From an uncultured Acholeplasmataceae bacterium (GTDB lineage Bacteria > Bacillota_I > Bacilli_A > Acholeplasmatales > UBA5453): DNA of 64,000 nucleotides. Both the position numbers and the translations under genes were made by a program. Each line of letters begins with the position of its first letter. Positions within the stretch are counted from its first letter, which is position 1. Shown one piece after another: positions 1-9,158 of this stretch. The notes beneath the pieces were generated by a model. The model was given only the letters and a program-made list of their open reading frames with translations, was not told the origin of the DNA and searched no databases. The stretch spans positions 13,849 through 77,848 of the forward strand of contig CAZYSQ010000001.1 of assembly GCA_964649865.1 (NCBI GenBank). The letters are read 5' to 3'.

Positions 1-122
1 GCGCGGACACCGCGATAGGCGTTGATCAACTCATTGACTCTCGCGCTGATCTCGGCGTAAGCCTGGTCGAACGTGGCGGCCCGGTGCGCGGGCGGCTCGT
101 ATCTGGCCTGCGGTTGACTCAT
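1..122 (-). CDS. hypothetical protein, N-terminal part only (runs off left edge)
   Basis: ATG at 122 preceded by a GGGAGGA SD. ATGA overlap with the stop of 119..295. Translation MSQPQARYEPPAHRAATFDQAYAEISARVNELINAY. Confidence 0.4.
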   Translation of the reverse strand, partial: MSQPQARYEPPAHRAATFDQAYAEISARVNELINAYRGVR

Positions 123-295
123 CGGTCCTCCCGGTGGACGGTGCGGGGCATCACGTTCGCGGTCAAGGTCCCGTTCCGGACCTGCTGCCGCTCCGCATCC
201 GTCAACGGGCGCACCGGGCTACCGGCATGGCCGCAGCAACAGGCAGCGGTGAGGCAGCCGATGTGGTCACGGTCCCGGCAGGACTGGCAGATCAT
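119..295 (-). CDS. Cys-rich small protein (58 aa), not in ORF track
   Basis: Hand translation MICQSCRDRDHIGCLTAACCCGHAGSPVRPLTDAERQQVRNGTLTANVMPRTVHREDR. High GC3 and ATGA coupling at both ends. Confidence 0.45.
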   Translation of the reverse strand: MICQSCRDRDHIGCLTAACCCGHAGSPVRPLTDAERQQVRNGTLTANVMPRTVHREDR

Positions 296-744
296 TCGCG
301 TTCCTCCGTGTCGAGCCAGTAAGTCAGGGTGTTCCGGAGTTCCTCGACCTGGGCGCGGTCGAGAACGACCTGCGCGTAGCCGGGCTGGGATTCGCCGTAG
401 GTGGTTTCGTCCTCAGAGACCGACAGGCGCAGGAACTCCACAGGCGGGCCCTCGTCGGCGAGGGTGCCGCGCACCGACGGATGGCAATGGTTCGGGATCG
501 CAGCCACATCCACCGACCCGCCACGCGGGCCGTCATCAGCAGGGTTGACGTGCGACCCCTGGTAGACCAGCGGCGGCCGGTTCCCGCACGTGCACGGCTT
601 GCCGGTCCGGCGGTAGTAGACGCTGGCGGCGACCATGGCGGCGCCTTCGTCCCACGCCTGCCCGTCCGGCATCGGCTCGTACACCGCACAGTCGGGGGTG
701 TGGTCGTGGTCGTCGATGGACAGCCACGTCGCGTAGATCGACAT
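292..744 (-). CDS. hypothetical phage protein (150 aa)
   Basis: Internal ATG (MSIYATWLSIDD...) overlaps the stop of 744..1265 as ATGA. The upstream part of the long ORF is R/P-rich junk. Confidence 0.6.
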   Translation of the reverse strand: MSIYATWLSIDDHDHTPDCAVYEPMPDGQAWDEGAAMVAASVYYRRTGKPCTCGNRPPLVYQGSHVNPADDGPRGGSVDVAAIPNHCHPSVRGTLADEGPPVEFLRLSVSEDETTYGESQPGYAQVVLDRAQVEELRNTLTYWLDTEERE

Positions 745-1265
745 CAGAGGACACCCCCGACGACGGTCCGGTCTGCGACGTTCTTGATGCACCGGTACGG
801 CCACCCGTACGGTTTCGGGCCCTGCGGGTACCGGGACGGATCCGGCAAGCCAGGGTTGCTGAGCGCGAGAAGCACCGCCGCGTGACAGATGTCCGGCTGC
901 CCCGGTATGGGCAGCGGGCACCAGCAGGCGAGGTCCCGGCCGCCCAACTCCCGGCGGATCCGTTCGAGCGGGAACACGTCGTCGTGGTAGCGGATCCACA
1001 CCCGGAACAGGTCCACCGCCTCAGCACGCGACTGGACCGTCCACACCCGGTACGTGCGGGGCTCCCCGTCCACGCCCGCCACGTTGTAGACGCCGGGGTC
1101 GAGAGGGCCGTCGTACGGGTGGGTCGGCGCATACGGGGTCACGTCGCTGACCAGCTCGCCGATCTTGAACGGGTTGCCCCACCTCGATGTGCGGTCGACT
1201 ATCTTCGCGCCCTCAGGCAGCCGCCACCCACGGGTGCGTTCCCGGCGGATCCGGCGGGGGCTCAC
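744..1265 (-). CDS. DUF4326-like protein
   Basis: RWGNPF ... LACWCP ... CHAAVLL motif series is typical of DUF4326. Coupled to its neighbours. Confidence 0.65.
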   Translation of the reverse strand: MSPRRIRRERTRGWRLPEGAKIVDRTSRWGNPFKIGELVSDVTPYAPTHPYDGPLDPGVYNVAGVDGEPRTYRVWTVQSRAEAVDLFRVWIRYHDDVFPLERIRRELGGRDLACWCPLPIPGQPDICHAAVLLALSNPGLPDPSRYPQGPKPYGWPYRCIKNVADRTVVGGVL

Positions 1266-1591
1266 GAGTCCGCTCCCGCCAGCACCGCATCCGCCGTCCG
1301 GTCACCCGCACGAAGATTCGGCACCATGATCCGGGCCAGCCGGACCGCCTTCTCCTCCTCGAACAGATGCGCCTGCTCCCACTCTCGGGTGCGCTCGAAC
1401 GGGCTCGGCTCGGGCGACCACACACCCTCCACCGACAGGACCTGGGCGCCGCGGCGGACCATCCACCGGCCCTGCTCGTCACACTCCACCGTCACCGTGA
1501 AATCCCCCGCGTGATGGTGGTCGGGTGGGAGGCACGACACCTCGTAGCGGGTCACGCGGACCGTCGGGTAGGGCATCCTCGGCTCAGACAC
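1262..1591 (-). CDS. hypothetical protein
   Basis: ORF track. Balanced composition and 4-nt overlap with the upstream gene. Confidence 0.55.
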   Translation of the reverse strand: MSEPRMPYPTVRVTRYEVSCLPPDHHHAGDFTVTVECDEQGRWMVRRGAQVLSVEGVWSPEPSPFERTREWEQAHLFEEEKAVRLARIMVPNLRAGDRTADAVLAGADS

Positions 1592-1910
1592 GGGCCTTCT
1601 CCTTCAACGCTGTGAACACGCCGTCGTGGCCCGTCTGCGCCCGCACCCACGCCGCAGCCTCCCGCTGATGCGACGGGCGCTCACACACGTACGTCGACGC
1701 CATCGCGCCCCGGTGGGCCGGGTCCAGGTCGGCGGGCCACGACACGCGGCCCACCTCACGGCCGCAGGAGACCGTGCACGGCGGTTCCCCCGCCGGCGCC
1801 TGCAACGACCCGTCACAGCGGGAACCGCGGTCCTTGTGGGTTTTCACCGTGTCGTCGAGCCGGAGCTCCACCGGTCGGGAGCAGACACGGCAACGGATCT
1901 CATCGGTCAT
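1584..1910 (-). CDS. hypothetical protein with CxxC zinc-ribbon-like N-terminus
   Basis: MTDEIRCRVCSRPV... with further Cys pairs. In operon. Confidence 0.55.
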   Translation of the reverse strand: MTDEIRCRVCSRPVELRLDDTVKTHKDRGSRCDGSLQAPAGEPPCTVSCGREVGRVSWPADLDPAHRGAMASTYVCERPSHQREAAAWVRAQTGHDGVFTALKEKARV

Positions 1911-2232
1911 CGCGGGACGCCTCCTCGGGGCGATGGTCGATCTCGATGGGCAGGGACACGACCACGGCGCCGGTGTTGCGGGCGAACTCGTCGGCGCGGT
2001 TGGGGTTGTCGACCCAGGTGCCGGTGATGCCGCCCTTGGCGTCCACGGCGATCTGCACGGACGGCTCGGCGTCGTTCTCGGCGAGGTCGAACGCGCTGTT
2101 GGTCGTGTAGTCGATGTCCAGGCCGGGCAGGGCGTTGCGGACGGCGTCCAGCACCCCGGCCATGACCTGGTGGGCGGGCTCGTCTGTAGCGGCGATCAGC
2201 GTCACGGCCACGCGGCGAGTGGTGTCAGTCAT
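1900..2232 (-). CDS. hypothetical protein
   Basis: Start moved to ATG 2232 (MTDTTRRVAVTL...). In operon. Confidence 0.5.
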   Translation of the reverse strand: MTDTTRRVAVTLIAATDEPAHQVMAGVLDAVRNALPGLDIDYTTNSAFDLAENDAEPSVQIAVDAKGGITGTWVDNPNRADEFARNTGAVVVSLPIEIDHRPEEASRDDR

Positions 2233-2288
2233 GCGTTTGTCTCCTTCGAGGGGTTGATGGGCGTGGACCACGCCCTGGAAGCGGGGGA

Positions 2289-3851
2289 TCATGCGGCCAT
2301 CTCCAGGTCTTCGCCTGTGATGGCCTCCACGAGGGCGGAGATGAGGACCTCGGCTGCCGGGGGCGTCACGGCGTTGCCGAGTTGCTTGACCTTGGCGCGC
2401 TTGTCACCGAGCACGATGTAGCCGTCGTCGAACGCCATGCCGCGGGCGATCTCCTGCGGCTCCAGCATCCGAAAGCCGACCTCGTTCACATCGAGTGCCG
2501 GGGTTTTCAGCGGTTGCGCCAGGGCGTACCGGTCCTTCGTAGTGAGCGTGCCGACGGGCGTGGACACCGGCTTGGCCGAGCCGTTGCGGTAGTAGGACAC
2601 GAGCAGAGGCTCGGGAGTGATGAGGCCGTGATGGTTGCCGCCGGCCGTGACGGTGTGCAGGGGCTCGTGGACGGGCCGCGCCTGCTCTTTGTCGCCGCCT
2701 CCGCGCATCGGGATGATGAACGGCGGGAACGCGATACCGGTCTCGCGGCGGGTGGTCTGGGTGCGGCCGGGCTCGGTGACGGGCTGGGCGGTCTTGCCGT
2801 CGCGCCCCTCGGTTGGAACCAGCAGCGGCGGAAGGGCCAACCCATCAGTCTCGCGAGTCGTACGGGCAGGCATCGGGTCAGTCGTCGGCGTCGCCTTCGT
2901 CCGCCAGGTGCCTCCCGCCGGGGCCAGCAGCGGCACCCAGTACCGCTCCATGCCCACCTTGACGCGGGTGACCGTCGCGGCGGCGTACGGCCGGAACGTC
3001 TTCCCCGGCTTCCCCTCCCCGATCTTGCGGGTGGGAAGCGTGAGGTCGATCGCGGCCAGCGCAGGCAAAACCTCCGGTTCGACGATCGTGTTGCGACATG
3101 TCGACCGGGGGCAGCGGTACACGTACTGGGAGCGGTACATGCCCATGTCCTTGCGGGGGTCCTTGAAGACCTGCAAAGCGTGGACCTGCTCATCGCATAC
3201 CGGGCACCAGGCGGTGGGGCGGAGCCACTTGTCCCAGTCGGGGTCACGGCCGAGGGACTCGTGCCAGAACCCCACATACAGGCGGGTCCGGGACTGCGGA
3301 GCGCGGCGAGTCCGAACAGCCTGGGCGTGCATGCTGTTGAGCGCGATCACGCGGGTCTTGTAGCCAATCCGGTGGAACCGCTTGAGCCAGTCGCCGAATC
3401 CGTCCCAGGACCGTTCGGCCGGAACGTTCTCCACCACCCCCGCCTTGATGGTCCGGCCGCGGGAGTGGCAGCCCTCGACGTAGGAGGCGACCTGCGGCAT
3501 CAGCGCCCGCGACTCTTCGTCGATGTCGTCCTGGGCAATCTCTTCGGGCGTGCGCGGGTCGAACAGGCCCTCCTGCCTGGACCTGTCGTAGGTGCGCTTC
3601 TTGCCGCGCGCCAGGCTCCACTTCGTGCAGTCCGGGCTAGCCCAGAAGATGTCAGCCGTGGGCCACTCGTATACGGGCTGGTTGCGGATGTCTCCGACTT
3701 TGTGGTCGGCGTCCGGGAAGTTGGTGGCGTGGGTCTCCAGGGCCAGGTCCCAGTGGTTGGCTGCGAGGCGTACCTCGACGCCGGGGACGGCGTGCGCTCC
3801 CTGGCTGCTGCCGCCGGCGCCCGCGAACCAGTCCATGAGTGTGAGAGTCAT
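2289..3851 (-). CDS. DNA (cytosine-5)-methyltransferase
   Basis: Motif I DWFAGAGG, catalytic-loop ASPDCTKWS, ENV, C-terminal GNAVTPPAAEVL, and a long variable region between them. Confidence 0.88.
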   Translation of the reverse strand: MTLTLMDWFAGAGGSSQGAHAVPGVEVRLAANHWDLALETHATNFPDADHKVGDIRNQPVYEWPTADIFWASPDCTKWSLARGKKRTYDRSRQEGLFDPRTPEEIAQDDIDEESRALMPQVASYVEGCHSRGRTIKAGVVENVPAERSWDGFGDWLKRFHRIGYKTRVIALNSMHAQAVRTRRAPQSRTRLYVGFWHESLGRDPDWDKWLRPTAWCPVCDEQVHALQVFKDPRKDMGMYRSQYVYRCPRSTCRNTIVEPEVLPALAAIDLTLPTRKIGEGKPGKTFRPYAAATVTRVKVGMERYWVPLLAPAGGTWRTKATPTTDPMPARTTRETDGLALPPLLVPTEGRDGKTAQPVTEPGRTQTTRRETGIAFPPFIIPMRGGGDKEQARPVHEPLHTVTAGGNHHGLITPEPLLVSYYRNGSAKPVSTPVGTLTTKDRYALAQPLKTPALDVNEVGFRMLEPQEIARGMAFDDGYIVLGDKRAKVKQLGNAVTPPAAEVLISALVEAITGEDLEMAA

Positions 3852-4096
3852 GCCAGTGCCTCCGCAGGCGTGTGAGGGGTTTGAGTAGCCAGGTAGGTGT
3901 GTGCTGTGCGGAGGGCCGCGTCCCGCTCCCCCGCCCGCAGCGCGCTGCCGGTGTCCTCCGCGTCAGCGACCCGCTCAAGCAGAGCCGCCGCACGCTGGTG
4001 CGCTGCGAAGTCCGGGCAGTCCGGGCCGTGGGTGAACCGGGCGATCGTCGCAGCGGCACGGAGGTTGTTCGCCAGAGTGTCGGGGGCAGTGATCAT
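3848..4096 (-). CDS. hypothetical protein
   Basis: ORF track, coupled on both sides. Confidence 0.5.
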   Translation of the reverse strand: MITAPDTLANNLRAAATIARFTHGPDCPDFAAHQRAAALLERVADAEDTGSALRAGERDAALRTAHTYLATQTPHTPAEALA

Positions 4097-4710
4097 GCGG
4101 CATCACCTCGGGCCGCACCCCGCGGCCGGGCCTTCGGGTCATCCATGTCGACGCCGTCCCACGCGAGCGGCGGGGCGTGCCCACTCCCGCGGGCCTTGCT
4201 CGCGGTGATCCGGGACGGGCCCGGCGTCATGCACAGGTCCTCGTACACGGCGGCGACCCGTGCAGCCAGTGCGGCGGACGGGCGCCGGTCCGGGCGGATC
4301 AGGGTGTGCAGGCTCCGCTCCGTTGTCCCGGCGCGGGCCGCGACCTCACGGGCCGGCCAACCCAACCAGGCGAGGGCCTGGACACGGCGGCGGGTACCGG
4401 TCGAGTCGACCCCGTGATGCGAGTAGTACGGAACCAGCGGCACCGACAGCAGCCGATCCACCGTCTCCGGCCACACGTCGCACGTGTGGCCGAGGTGGAT
4501 CTGCCGGGCCGTCTGGGTCGCCAGGCCCGCCGTCTGGCCGATCGCCTCCCACGTCCAGCCGAGACGGCGGAGTTCAGCGACGTGGCCGCGGAGGGGTTCG
4601 GCGTCCCGGTACCCGAAGATCCGCATCCGGACCCGGCGGCGGTAGTCCGACTCGCAGAAGCCGCGGCTGGTGGCCTCCTCACCGCAGCCTTTCTGCGCAC
4701 AGGTGATCAT
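4093..4710 (-). CDS. hypothetical protein, possible DNA-binding
   Basis: Start at ATG 4710 (MITCAQKGCGEE...) forms ATGA with the upstream stop. Has repeated HTH-like segments (WTWEAIGQTAGL, WPAREVAARAG). Confidence 0.5.
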   Translation of the reverse strand: MITCAQKGCGEEATSRGFCESDYRRRVRMRIFGYRDAEPLRGHVAELRRLGWTWEAIGQTAGLATQTARQIHLGHTCDVWPETVDRLLSVPLVPYYSHHGVDSTGTRRRVQALAWLGWPAREVAARAGTTERSLHTLIRPDRRPSAALAARVAAVYEDLCMTPGPSRITASKARGSGHAPPLAWDGVDMDDPKARPRGAARGDAA

Positions 4711-5135
4711 GCCGCACCGCCGTTCGAGGTGAACGGGCGCACCGGGATCCCGGCGGCCTTCGCAAGCTGGGCGCAGCCGGACGTGCCATGCGACCAATGC
4801 GAGTCGACGCGTCGGCAGTGACGGCTCGTGCACGGGCCGAGAAACGCCAGACACACGTCCGCACCCAGGCCGACCATGTGCCTGTTGCGGAGCGGCCCGC
4901 ACGCCGGCCACCGCCCGAACGCCTTCGCAGGGTGGCGTTCCTGATCAACGAACCAGCCGACGCTGCGGACCTTCTCCACCCACTCGGCGGCGATCATGTC
5001 CGCTCCGGTGGGGCACGCCCCGTGGACGACGGTGACGAGTTCGCCGGCGGGAGAAGCGAAGTACACGTCTTCGAGGGCGTTCTCGACAGTGTCGCCGTCG
5101 GTCCAGTCTCGGGACCCGGTGATGAGGATCCTCAC
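4707..5135 (-). CDS. DUF2493 / SLOG-fold protein
   Basis: GTG 5135 (VRILITGSRDW...) forms GTGA with the upstream stop. RILITGSRDW and VVHGACPTGADMIA resemble DUF2493. Confidence 0.55.
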   Translation of the reverse strand: MRILITGSRDWTDGDTVENALEDVYFASPAGELVTVVHGACPTGADMIAAEWVEKVRSVGWFVDQERHPAKAFGRWPACGPLRNRHMVGLGADVCLAFLGPCTSRHCRRVDSHWSHGTSGCAQLAKAAGIPVRPFTSNGGAA

Positions 5136-5500
5136 GCCGCGTCCCGCATCAACTCGGACGCCGCAGCGTTCACCTGCTCCGGGTCGATCCCGGCCGACGT
5201 CAGCCACGCGTGCAGCCACTCAGCGACCGCCGCGCCGTCATGCCAGTCCGACCACAGGTCACGGGCGACCTCGTCCGCGACGTCCGGCGCCACCGTCTGC
5301 AGCACCTTCAACAGCTTCACGACGCCGTACACGTCGATCAGCCGGTTCCCGCCCGACACAGCGCCATCCGGCGTGCGGTCGTACATCATGCGGTGCCGGT
5401 TCGCCTGCGCCTGCACCATCAGCGACCGGGCCAGGGACTCCGCGGTCACCTCCGACTCGCGCGACGGGTACGGGGCGATGGTGTTCAGGGGGTTGCTCAT
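5132..5500 (-). CDS. hypothetical protein
   Basis: ATG 5500 preceded by GAAGGAG. MSNPLNTIAPYP... Confidence 0.55.
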   Translation of the reverse strand: MSNPLNTIAPYPSRESEVTAESLARSLMVQAQANRHRMMYDRTPDGAVSGGNRLIDVYGVVKLLKVLQTVAPDVADEVARDLWSDWHDGAAVAEWLHAWLTSAGIDPEQVNAAASELMRDAA

Positions 5501-5546
5501 GAGATCTCCTTCGAGGGGTTGTTGTTCTGCAGGGCAGGCCGTTGAG

Positions 5547-5957
5547 TCATGCGGCATCACCCGCCGCGAGTTCCTTGATCCGCCCCGACCGTCCCTCAGC
5601 CGCCGCACCAATCACCTGCGGCCAATCCGTCAGAGCAAGCCAGTTCTTCGCCATCAGCCGGGACGTCTCGAACAGCAACGCCCGCCACGTCCGGACCCGC
5701 GACACGTCGATGTCGTAGCCGTCCGCGCCCCGCTCCGGGTTGCAGTCGTCATGGTGGATGTGCCACGGCACCACCTCCGGCATCCGCAGCACGTCACTCA
5801 TCCGGTGCGGACCAGTCCCGTGCACCTGCTTCCACTCGCGCTCCGCGCGGCGGTAGGAGGTGATGTCGGCGAAGAACACCACCAGGCATCCCTCGTGGTC
5901 GGCGACCATCCGGCCGCACACGTCGCAGACGAAGTCCAACTCAACGGTCGTCGTCAC
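5547..5957 (-). CDS. hypothetical protein
   Basis: GTG 5957 preceded by AAGGAGG. VTTTVELDFVCDVCG... Confidence 0.5.
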   Translation of the reverse strand: MTTTVELDFVCDVCGRMVADHEGCLVVFFADITSYRRAEREWKQVHGTGPHRMSDVLRMPEVVPWHIHHDDCNPERGADGYDIDVSRVRTWRALLFETSRLMAKNWLALTDWPQVIGAAAEGRSGRIKELAAGDAA

Positions 5958-6150
5958 GGCCGGTCCCCTCCTTGATCCGGTTGAGTTTCCGTGCATGCCT
6001 CGCCTCCAGGCCGGCGGTGCGGCGGGCCTGCTTCTCGGCGTTCGCGCGGCGCCTCTCGGCACGGCGCCGGCGGGTCTCCTCGACCCGCTCCGCAACCCGG
6101 CGGCGGATCGCCTCCGCCAGCTCAGCGGCAGCCTCACGGTCGAGCGTCAT
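5941..6150 (-). CDS. small Arg/Glu-rich coiled-coil protein
   Basis: ORF track. Charged helical sequence, coupled to the upstream gene. Confidence 0.4.
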   Translation of the reverse strand: MTLDREAAAELAEAIRRRVAERVEETRRRRAERRRANAEKQARRTAGLEARHARKLNRIKEGTGRDDDR

Positions 6151-6359
6151 GCGGCATCACCCGCCACAGAGGAGTCCTCCGGGAGCGGCTGCGGGTTCCA
6201 CCAGCACCGCCACGAGTGAAGACACCGGCCGCACCGGTACACGCCGAGGAGGCTGTCGCCGTCCATCCGCGTGGTCGCCGGCTCGTACGGGCCTGTCACG
6301 CACTCCGAGCAGTTGTCCCGGTACGCCGACGGCGGACTGTTCGGGGGGATGTTGTTCAT
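6147..6359 (-). CDS. hypothetical Cys-containing small protein
   Basis: ORF track, coupled to dnaB. Confidence 0.45.
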   Translation of the reverse strand: MNNIPPNSPPSAYRDNCSECVTGPYEPATTRMDGDSLLGVYRCGRCLHSWRCWWNPQPLPEDSSVAGDAA

Positions 6360-7720
6360 GAGACCGGCCTCAGATGTCCCTTGGCGGCGGGCGCCGACGA
6401 CGCCGGGTCCGCAGCCATATCCATGAAGCGGGAGTAGTGGCCCTGGAACACGACCGTGACCGTGGACTGGGGCCCGGCGCGGTGCTTGTCGACGATGAAG
6501 TCGGCCTCACCGGCGCGTGGGGATTCCTTCTCGTACATGTCGGGCCGGTGGATCAGGATCACCGCGTCCGCGTCGGCCTCGATCGCGCCCGAGTCCTTCA
6601 GGTCGCTCGACACCGGGACCCGGTCCTGCCGGGTCATCACCTCACGGTTCAGCTGCGCGAGGAGGATGATCGGGACACCAACCTCACGGGCAATCTGCTT
6701 CAACCCGCGGGTCAGTTCGGCGATGGACTGCTGCCGGGTCTCCTGACGGCCCGAGGTCGACATGATCCCGAGGTAGTCGACAATCGCGATCCGGACACCG
6801 GTGGTGCGCTTCAGGTGCCGGAGCCGGGACCGGAGCCGGCCGAGCCCCGCCGATGACGCGTCGTCGATCGTGATCTGGGAGTCCTGGATCCGCTGCGACG
6901 CCGCCGCCATCCTGTGCCAGTCGTCCTCGGTGAGGAGTTCCCGGTCCACACGGTGATGGAGGATCGAGTGGAGATTCACGCGGGCCTCAGCGGCGATCAT
7001 CCGCTTCATCAGCTCTTTCGCGGTCATCTCCAGCGTCAGGAAGTACACCGGGTCCTGCAGCCGGATCCCGACATGCCGGGCCACATCCATTCCCAGGACC
7101 GACTTGCCGGCCCCAGGCCGCGCACCTACCACGATGAGCTGACCAGGGCGGATCGACATCAGGTTGTCCAGGTCCGCGAACCCGGTCGGGACCACGTCCG
7201 TGTCGGAGCCCTGCTCGATCTCGTCGATCACGTCCAGGACCAGGTCCGCGGCGCGGACCGTCCCGCCGCCCTGGTCGACGTCGGAGAGCTCATCGAGCCA
7301 CGACTGCAGCAGCTCCGCGTCCTCCTCCGGCGGGCGCTCCCCCCGCTCGGCGGCCTGCTGGACACGGCCACCGAACTCCCACAGCCGCCGCTTCCACGCC
7401 CGCGCTTTCACGTCCTGGACGTGGTAGCCGACCTGCGACGGAAGCGCGGCCTCCTCCACCAGCGCCATGAGGAGCGGCCCGTCCAGCCGGCCGGTGAGGA
7501 GCCGGGTCTTCTGCAGCTCCGACAGCACGATCGTCGGGGACACCTGCGACCCGCGCTCGACGAGTTCCAGGACGGCGCCGAAGACGGTCTGGAGGTTCCG
7601 GTCGGCGAGGTCGCGCGCCTTGATCTGCTCCACGACCCTGACCGCGAGATCAGTGCTGGCGATCGCGGCGCCGACCAGTGCGCGTTCCGACGCGGACGTG
7701 ACGTCCGCGGCGGCGGTCAC
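6356..7720 (-). CDS. dnaB: replicative DNA helicase DnaB
   Basis: Walker A GARPGAGKS, TLEM, IVDYLG, AQLNREV, and a DnaB-type N-terminal domain. Confidence 0.92.
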   Translation of the reverse strand: MTAAADVTSASERALVGAAIASTDLAVRVVEQIKARDLADRNLQTVFGAVLELVERGSQVSPTIVLSELQKTRLLTGRLDGPLLMALVEEAALPSQVGYHVQDVKARAWKRRLWEFGGRVQQAAERGERPPEEDAELLQSWLDELSDVDQGGGTVRAADLVLDVIDEIEQGSDTDVVPTGFADLDNLMSIRPGQLIVVGARPGAGKSVLGMDVARHVGIRLQDPVYFLTLEMTAKELMKRMIAAEARVNLHSILHHRVDRELLTEDDWHRMAAASQRIQDSQITIDDASSAGLGRLRSRLRHLKRTTGVRIAIVDYLGIMSTSGRQETRQQSIAELTRGLKQIAREVGVPIILLAQLNREVMTRQDRVPVSSDLKDSGAIEADADAVILIHRPDMYEKESPRAGEADFIVDKHRAGPQSTVTVVFQGHYSRFMDMAADPASSAPAAKGHLRPVS

Positions 7721-8271
7721 GACGCCCTCCGATCCGGGCCACCCAGAACGACCTCATTCATGCCATCTGATAGGCGGCTCGCGATCCTGTCGCCCAGGAT
7801 CTCCAGCACGTTCGGAAGGTTGCTGGACAGAACCACAGGCAACTGGTGGGACCAGCGGTAGTCGATGACGCCGTAGAAGTGCTCGATGGCCCAGTCGGTC
7901 AACCGCCAGGCGCCGACGTCATCGAGAGCGAGGAACTCGCAGCGGCGGATGCGGTCGAGCCGCAGCTCGTCAATCGGCGGGGCGGTCACGTCTCGGAAGT
8001 CGGTTGCGGTGACGATCTCCCACCGGCCCCGCCACCCGTTCGCCAGCAGCGTCTCCACGGATTTCCACAGCGACCAGGACTTGCCCGTGCCGGTCATTCC
8101 GCCGATCAGCAGGGTCCGGTTCTCGCCGCGGACCATGCCCTCCAGCCATGCGTGCACGTCTCGGTGCAACCAGCCGCGAGCGGAGAAGGCGGCAGGCCGA
8201 CGCTTCTGGAAGATCTCCAGCCGCATCTCGGTCTGGTCGCGTTCGAAGTCTTCGATGTCTTGCGCGGTCAT
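7717..8271 (-). CDS. DnaC/IstB-like AAA+ helicase loader
   Basis: GGMTGTGKS Walker A and FLALDDVG Walker B. ATG 8271 forms ATGA with the upstream stop. Confidence 0.75.
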   Translation of the reverse strand: MTAQDIEDFERDQTEMRLEIFQKRRPAAFSARGWLHRDVHAWLEGMVRGENRTLLIGGMTGTGKSWSLWKSVETLLANGWRGRWEIVTATDFRDVTAPPIDELRLDRIRRCEFLALDDVGAWRLTDWAIEHFYGVIDYRWSHQLPVVLSSNLPNVLEILGDRIASRLSDGMNEVVLGGPDRRAS

Positions 8272-9158
8272 CGGCCGCGTCCTCCTCGGGTGAATCCGTT
8301 CGACCAGTCGGCGTTGTTGACGCTGCCGTTGGCTCCGCCGCGGAATGGGTGGGCACCGTCTGTGCCTGTTGCGGCGCGCTGCCTGTCGCGGTCGGCGAAG
8401 TCCTGCGCCTTCAAGATCCAGTTGCGCCACGCGGCTACCCAGTCGCGGCAGCGGCGGTCGTTCTGGCGGGCGTTGTTGAGGAACCGTTCGGTCTGGTCTT
8501 CAAGGTCGACTGTGATCGTGCGCTTGTGGTTGTGAGCCCATGCCCGCATGTCGGCTGTGACAGGGAAGATCTCCGGAGCGGGCGTTTCCGGCTTGCGCCG
8601 CGAAGCGCGTCCCCCCGCACCCCCCTGTGTCTTCTCCGAAGGAGAAGTAGTTGAGGGGTTATGAGGGGTAGGGGGGGAACCTGTTCCCCCCTCTGGGGAC
8701 TCAGTTCCCCCCTCTGGGTCGAAGAGGGGGGCTTGCGTTCCCTCCTCCTCTGCGGAGAGGGGGGAACCTGTTCCCGCCTCTGTTTCCGATGGGCGGGAAT
8801 CCGAGTCTTCAGCCTGGTCGGCCAGGCGGGACTCTGTTCCCCCCTCAGAGGCGGGACTCTGTTCCCCGCTCTTGAGGGGGGGCAGCCGGTACGTGGACTG
8901 CTTGCCCTCGTAGGCGTAGACGGGATTCCCCTTCTTGTCAGTCTTGAGAGGAATCCGCACCTCAAGCCCAGCCTTCGCGAGCCGCTGGAACGCCTTCTTC
9001 AATGCCTCAGCACTCATCCCTGTGCGCTGGCAGAGATCGGCGCGCGTCAACGCCCAGGACTCGCGTGTGGCATCTCGCGCGTCCTCAGCGATGGCGACAA
9101 GCACCATCCGCTCAGACGGCCCAAGGTTGGCCGGAGCGTGCTTGAGAACCTCCACCAT
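8268..9158 (-). CDS. putative replication initiator (N-terminal wHTH, repeat-encoded acidic linker, C-terminal domain)
   Basis: Lies directly upstream of the loader and helicase. Has an HTH-like N-terminus (MVLVAIAEDARD...LCQRTGMSAEALKKAFQRL) and contains a DNA repeat array. The start (ATG 9158 or GTG 9173) is uncertain. Confidence 0.5.
   Translation of the reverse strand: MVEVLKHAPANLGPSERMVLVAIAEDARDATRESWALTRADLCQRTGMSAEALKKAFQRLAKAGLEVRIPLKTDKKGNPVYAYEGKQSTYRLPPLKSGEQSPASEGGTESRLADQAEDSDSRPSETEAGTGSPLSAEEEGTQAPLFDPEGGTESPEGGTGSPPTPHNPSTTSPSEKTQGGAGGRASRRKPETPAPEIFPVTADMRAWAHNHKRTITVDLEDQTERFLNNARQNDRRCRDWVAAWRNWILKAQDFADRDRQRAATGTDGAHPFRGGANGSVNNADWSNGFTRGGRGR
8674..8869. repeat. six iteron-like repeats GGG(G/A)AC(C/T)NNGTTCCC inside the initiator gene
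   Basis: Copies begin near 8674, 8695, 8727, 8761, 8828 and 8853. Several are GGAAC..GTTCC inverted repeats. Confidence 0.6.

Noticed and set aside
84-548. 154-aa plus-strand ORF at the left edge
   Set aside because: The translation is Arg/Pro/Gly-rich and antisense to three coupled minus-strand genes. It is a shadow ORF.
8674-8869. CRISPR array (also considered for 41563-42250)
   Set aside because: The repeats are short, degenerate and irregularly spaced, and they lie inside protein-coding frames. There are no unique spacers of uniform length and no cas genes in the window.
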